From positions 1,717,766 to 1,781,765 of the forward strand of contig NMRA01000016.1 in assembly GCA_002633005.1 (NCBI GenBank): a stretch of DNA of 64,000 nucleotides. The letters are read 5' to 3'. The stretch comes from Phoronis australis. Taxonomy: Eukaryota > Animalia > Phoronida. Positions 60,802 through 64,000 of the stretch are shown in pieces (position 1 is the first letter of the stretch; every line of letters starts with the position of its first letter). A program made the translations under genes and the position numbers. The notes beneath the pieces were generated by a model. It was not told the origin of the DNA. It was given only the letters and a program-made list of their open reading frames with translations, and did not search any database.

Positions 60802-63036
60802 GGCTGTTGTGTGGTCACAATACACTAACCGGAAACTGGGACAGATAATTTAGGAGAGTGGCGGCTCCTCTAGGATATTACACAAGAAAATGTCGGAGTT
60901 GCGAATCTGTTGTCTATAATCCATGGTTGCTCAGAGTACGTTAGGATTGCCAAACATCAGCGCTATTGGTGACGTTAATCTTAAGGTTTGAAATTTGCCC
61001 AATCCAGGCTTATGTAAACGGTTTGAGCGCACAACTAGTGTTAAAGTTCATTTCGCCTCGGGATAGAATTTGCCGATAGTTTGCCGACGGGCAAAGTTTG
61101 CTGATCTCAATTGCTTGTGACTTTCTGAAAAATTGTCCACATTTCTTGTGCTCAGGAAATGATTCAACGCACCGAGTTACCGATCGCCTTCTTGGCTTGG
61201 AATGGAATTTGCATTGTGTTGTAGAGAGATTAGCTCACAAACGGAAAGAAACAGTGATGTATCCATTTTTGTAATCTAGGATGAACCTAGATGGTGAAAA
61301 CTTTCAAAGTTGGCGAAACGCTGGATTTTAAACAGAATTCTACACGTTTCCGCGGCCTGCAGGTAGACGATTTAGCAACAAGAAAGTTCCTGTGATTTAA
61401 CCTACAAATTATACCCCCGAAAACAGCAGTTATTTGTTTCCCCCATTGAATGTTTCCAATTGTTATTCTGATGCATAGACGGCCAAAGATCATGGCTTCA
61501 CGCAAATACGTCTCAAAAGTCGTCGGAATGCGACGTCTTTCTACATCCTCATTATGTACTGAATAAATCTTGTTCAGCCTGTTATCACAGGGTTATCATA
61601 CCAGCGCACTCGTCGACATGCTACGCACATGCGCAGATAACATTCAACCCCAGGGCATTTGAAACGAATTCGGCAAATTTCGTAGCCTCAAACTTCCCCT
61701 CGGAGGTGAACGTTATCTGGCCATGTTCGGATTTTAGTCGTGAGGTAAGCCGTGTGTTTTTCAAACTGGAAAGTGATTGACCGAACACGTATGTGTCTAA
61801 ATTTAGCACATGAGCATGTGTAACGCTCACTGACAGACGTATAATTTGACGGTACGAAATTACTGAAAGCATCCATGTTAAAGCTGGAACAGGCGAAACG
61901 CAACGCTATGTAGACGTACCAAGTGTCGTGTACACGAAGAAAACACCTTTTGAAGAACGATAATAACACACATATATTTGTTTACATAAATAACAGTTCA
62001 GCATTCGTAGGCCTATGTGCATGCACAAGTATATAACAAATAACATCAGAATAAAAATATATTTCAAGCCCCGAGGTTTGTTTCCACAAACGGGACAGGA
62101 ACTTTAAGCTGCATTTCCCCTTGTTGTTTAACAACCAACGTTGAATTCTTAACCGAAGCGCATTGGGGTTTAAAACATCACACTTGTCCGATCTTGATTT
62201 ATTGACAAAAGAGCCGGCAGCACAAGCCACAGGAAATATGTACATGCACTATTTTCCGTTAGCAACTTGAGCACACGCCAATTTGAGTACAAAACACAGA
62301 AGCCTATTTCTTCAATCGCCGATGACCACGACTTTCTTATACATAACGGAAATAGAACCCTATTGCGGAAAGGAATATTACGACTAATTCAAATATTAAA
62401 GGTTAAAGATATTTAAGTAGAAGAAAATGAACATCCAAGGTCTTTTGTAGTATGATATTCTAACATGAATGACAATGAGTTTCTGGTTGTGATGAATTAA
62501 TTAGCAGAAAGCAGACAAGTACAATGTATTGTGGAACTTTGTTGAAATCACATTATCGGAGGGAAAAGTGGTTTTCCGAGATCAACCCCAACGCGCTTAA
62601 AAACCTGGAACCTTTGCGATATAAACCAAATGCTATCTGTGGTGACAGACCTAATCGTATTAACTGGCAGTCAACTGGCGGTTTGTAATAAAAACACAAA
62701 ACCACAACGGCTTTTATTGTTTTACAGCCCTGGTCAAAGTTAGTACCTTCAAAAAGTAGAGCAATATTTACAAAAATAAGTTTATGGCCGTGAAAATGAG
62801 AAAGTTTTTTACTTTCAATACTCTGTGGTAAGGAGACGGTCAGTGCTACATTCTGCAAGTGTGAGCCATGCCAGCTTATACAAAAATAGGCAAATTGGTT
62901 TGCTGAATGTTACACAAGTATAAGCCCATTGGAACTTCACGCACAAGTTTAGCACTGAATAGTCCAAAACGTATAGCGCAGAAAGAGAAGTTCAGAGCTG
63001 ATATATCACAGAGAGGCTCCGCCCGGATCCCGATGG

Positions 63037-63312
63037 TTATGCCAAGCGAACGAGTCCAATGAATGCTCGGTCTTTCGTCCAGTACGTGACAGCACCTTTG
63101 TTTGCCTCGACAACTTGTACCTCATCCCCAGCTTCTAAGCGTGTAAGTCCGCCACCGAAGCACGTGTGAGCTTGAAGGACCTCTTCAGGACTCTTATCGA
63201 TCGGAACGGGTGCGTTGCTATGGGAACATGATATAAACCTGCCCTGCGCTTTTCCTTTCACCGTTATTTGAACGTACATAGTGTTTGATGACTCGGAGTT
63301 GTAAAACGAAAT
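63037..63312 (-). CDS. Terminal exon encoding the C-terminal part of an Eiger/EDA-like TNF domain (exon D); upstream exons presumably beyond 64000
   Basis: Acceptor tccgttttacag|ATT (phase 0). ISFYNSESSNTMYVQI...FISCSHS...AHTCFGGGLTRLEAGDEVQV...YWTKDRAFIGLVRLA*. Clearly homologous to exon C. Confidence 0.82.
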   Translation of the reverse strand: MSFYNSESSNTMYVQITVKGKAQGRFISCSHSNAPVPIDKSPEEVLQAHTCFGGGLTRLEAGDEVQVVEANKGAVTYWTKDRAFIGLVRLA

Positions 63313-64000
63313 CTGTAAAACGGACATGAACTAAAAATTCCGTCACTGAAAAGACTAGGTAGTTCAAGTGCTGCTCAACAGTCTTGTTCGGTGTTACTTC
63401 CGAGGAAGCAATCTATTTTGCGGGTTGTACTTCGTCAACTACCTGTCTCTTGATAAACGGCCTTTTAACTGAAGACGGCAAATTGATTACAAAGCTGGAC
63501 GTGACCATCTGGTCGAGAAACGACAGAAAACCCCATGAGCTCTAAGAGGTAATCGGATCAAATTTAAGATGGTACTGTGCCACTGAAAATAAACGCCTGT
63601 CCCATTGTCTAGCCATTACTTACCTGTAGCAGGTTTGTCCCAATTTCACTCTCGTCACTAAAATGCTACCACCATGTTCGTTTTCTTAAGAATGTAACAT
63701 TAATACGGTGGTTAATAGCTCACCCATTGACATGGACCACAGGGTATGTTTTTTATTGAAAAGGCCTGAAAAGTGACACAATCCCGACATCCAGTCAATC
63801 AAAAGTTTGGTATTTAAACACGGCAGAAGTGACATGGGTCATTCGTAACCTGGTTAATTACTGTACATTGTTGACAATGTGTAACACAGGATAGATGAAA
63901 TTGCGCTTAAGTCATTAAGTCACACACGTTATTTACAAAGGATCAAAGCCATAAGTCATATACGCAGCTCTTGTCCTGGAGTTTTCTCGTTCCAGATAAA

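Noticed and set aside
59886-61725. ~40-bp similarity (ctcaa.tt...ctcg.a.gtgaacgttatctg) at ~59886 and ~61687
   Set aside because: Too short and degenerate; probably fragments of an old repeat with no coding support.
61920-61950. Minus-strand GVFFVYTTL resembling TNF strand C, as a possible upstream exon for exon C
   Set aside because: No conserved Q, the donor is phase 1 while exon C needs phase 0, and the upstream sequence is not TNF-like.
63624-63660. Strong donor CAG|GTAAGT upstream of exon D
   Set aside because: The preceding frame (SDESEIGTNLLQ) does not resemble GxYxVYxQ, so it is not accepted as the penultimate exon.

Overview
AT-rich eukaryotic (bilaterian invertebrate-like) genomic DNA with spliceosomal introns, two N gaps (19268-20033, 56282-57018) and many transposon relics. 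The left part holds a tandem pair of cytosolic sulfotransferase genes (large terminal exons at 2359-3252 and 13408-14301, + strand) separated by a decayed Ty3/Gypsy LTR retrotransposon. The rest is a minus-strand cluster of TNF-superfamily ligands. I reconstructed two complete 6-exon type II membrane TNF ligand genes by hand from splice signals: gene A, 33750-18815, 286 aa, and gene B, 52044-40322, 268 aa. They share intron phases (0,1,1,2,2), have a furin site in exon 2 and carry a conventional-type TNF domain. Two further terminal exons (59061-58795, 63312-63037) encode the C-terminal part of Eiger/EDA-type (EF-disulfide) TNF domains. Both begin at the same phase-0 junction and I found no upstream exons between them, so they may be alternative last exons of one gene. 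Introns contain THAP-bearing Kolobok-type elements, a hAT transposase relic and several MITE families.
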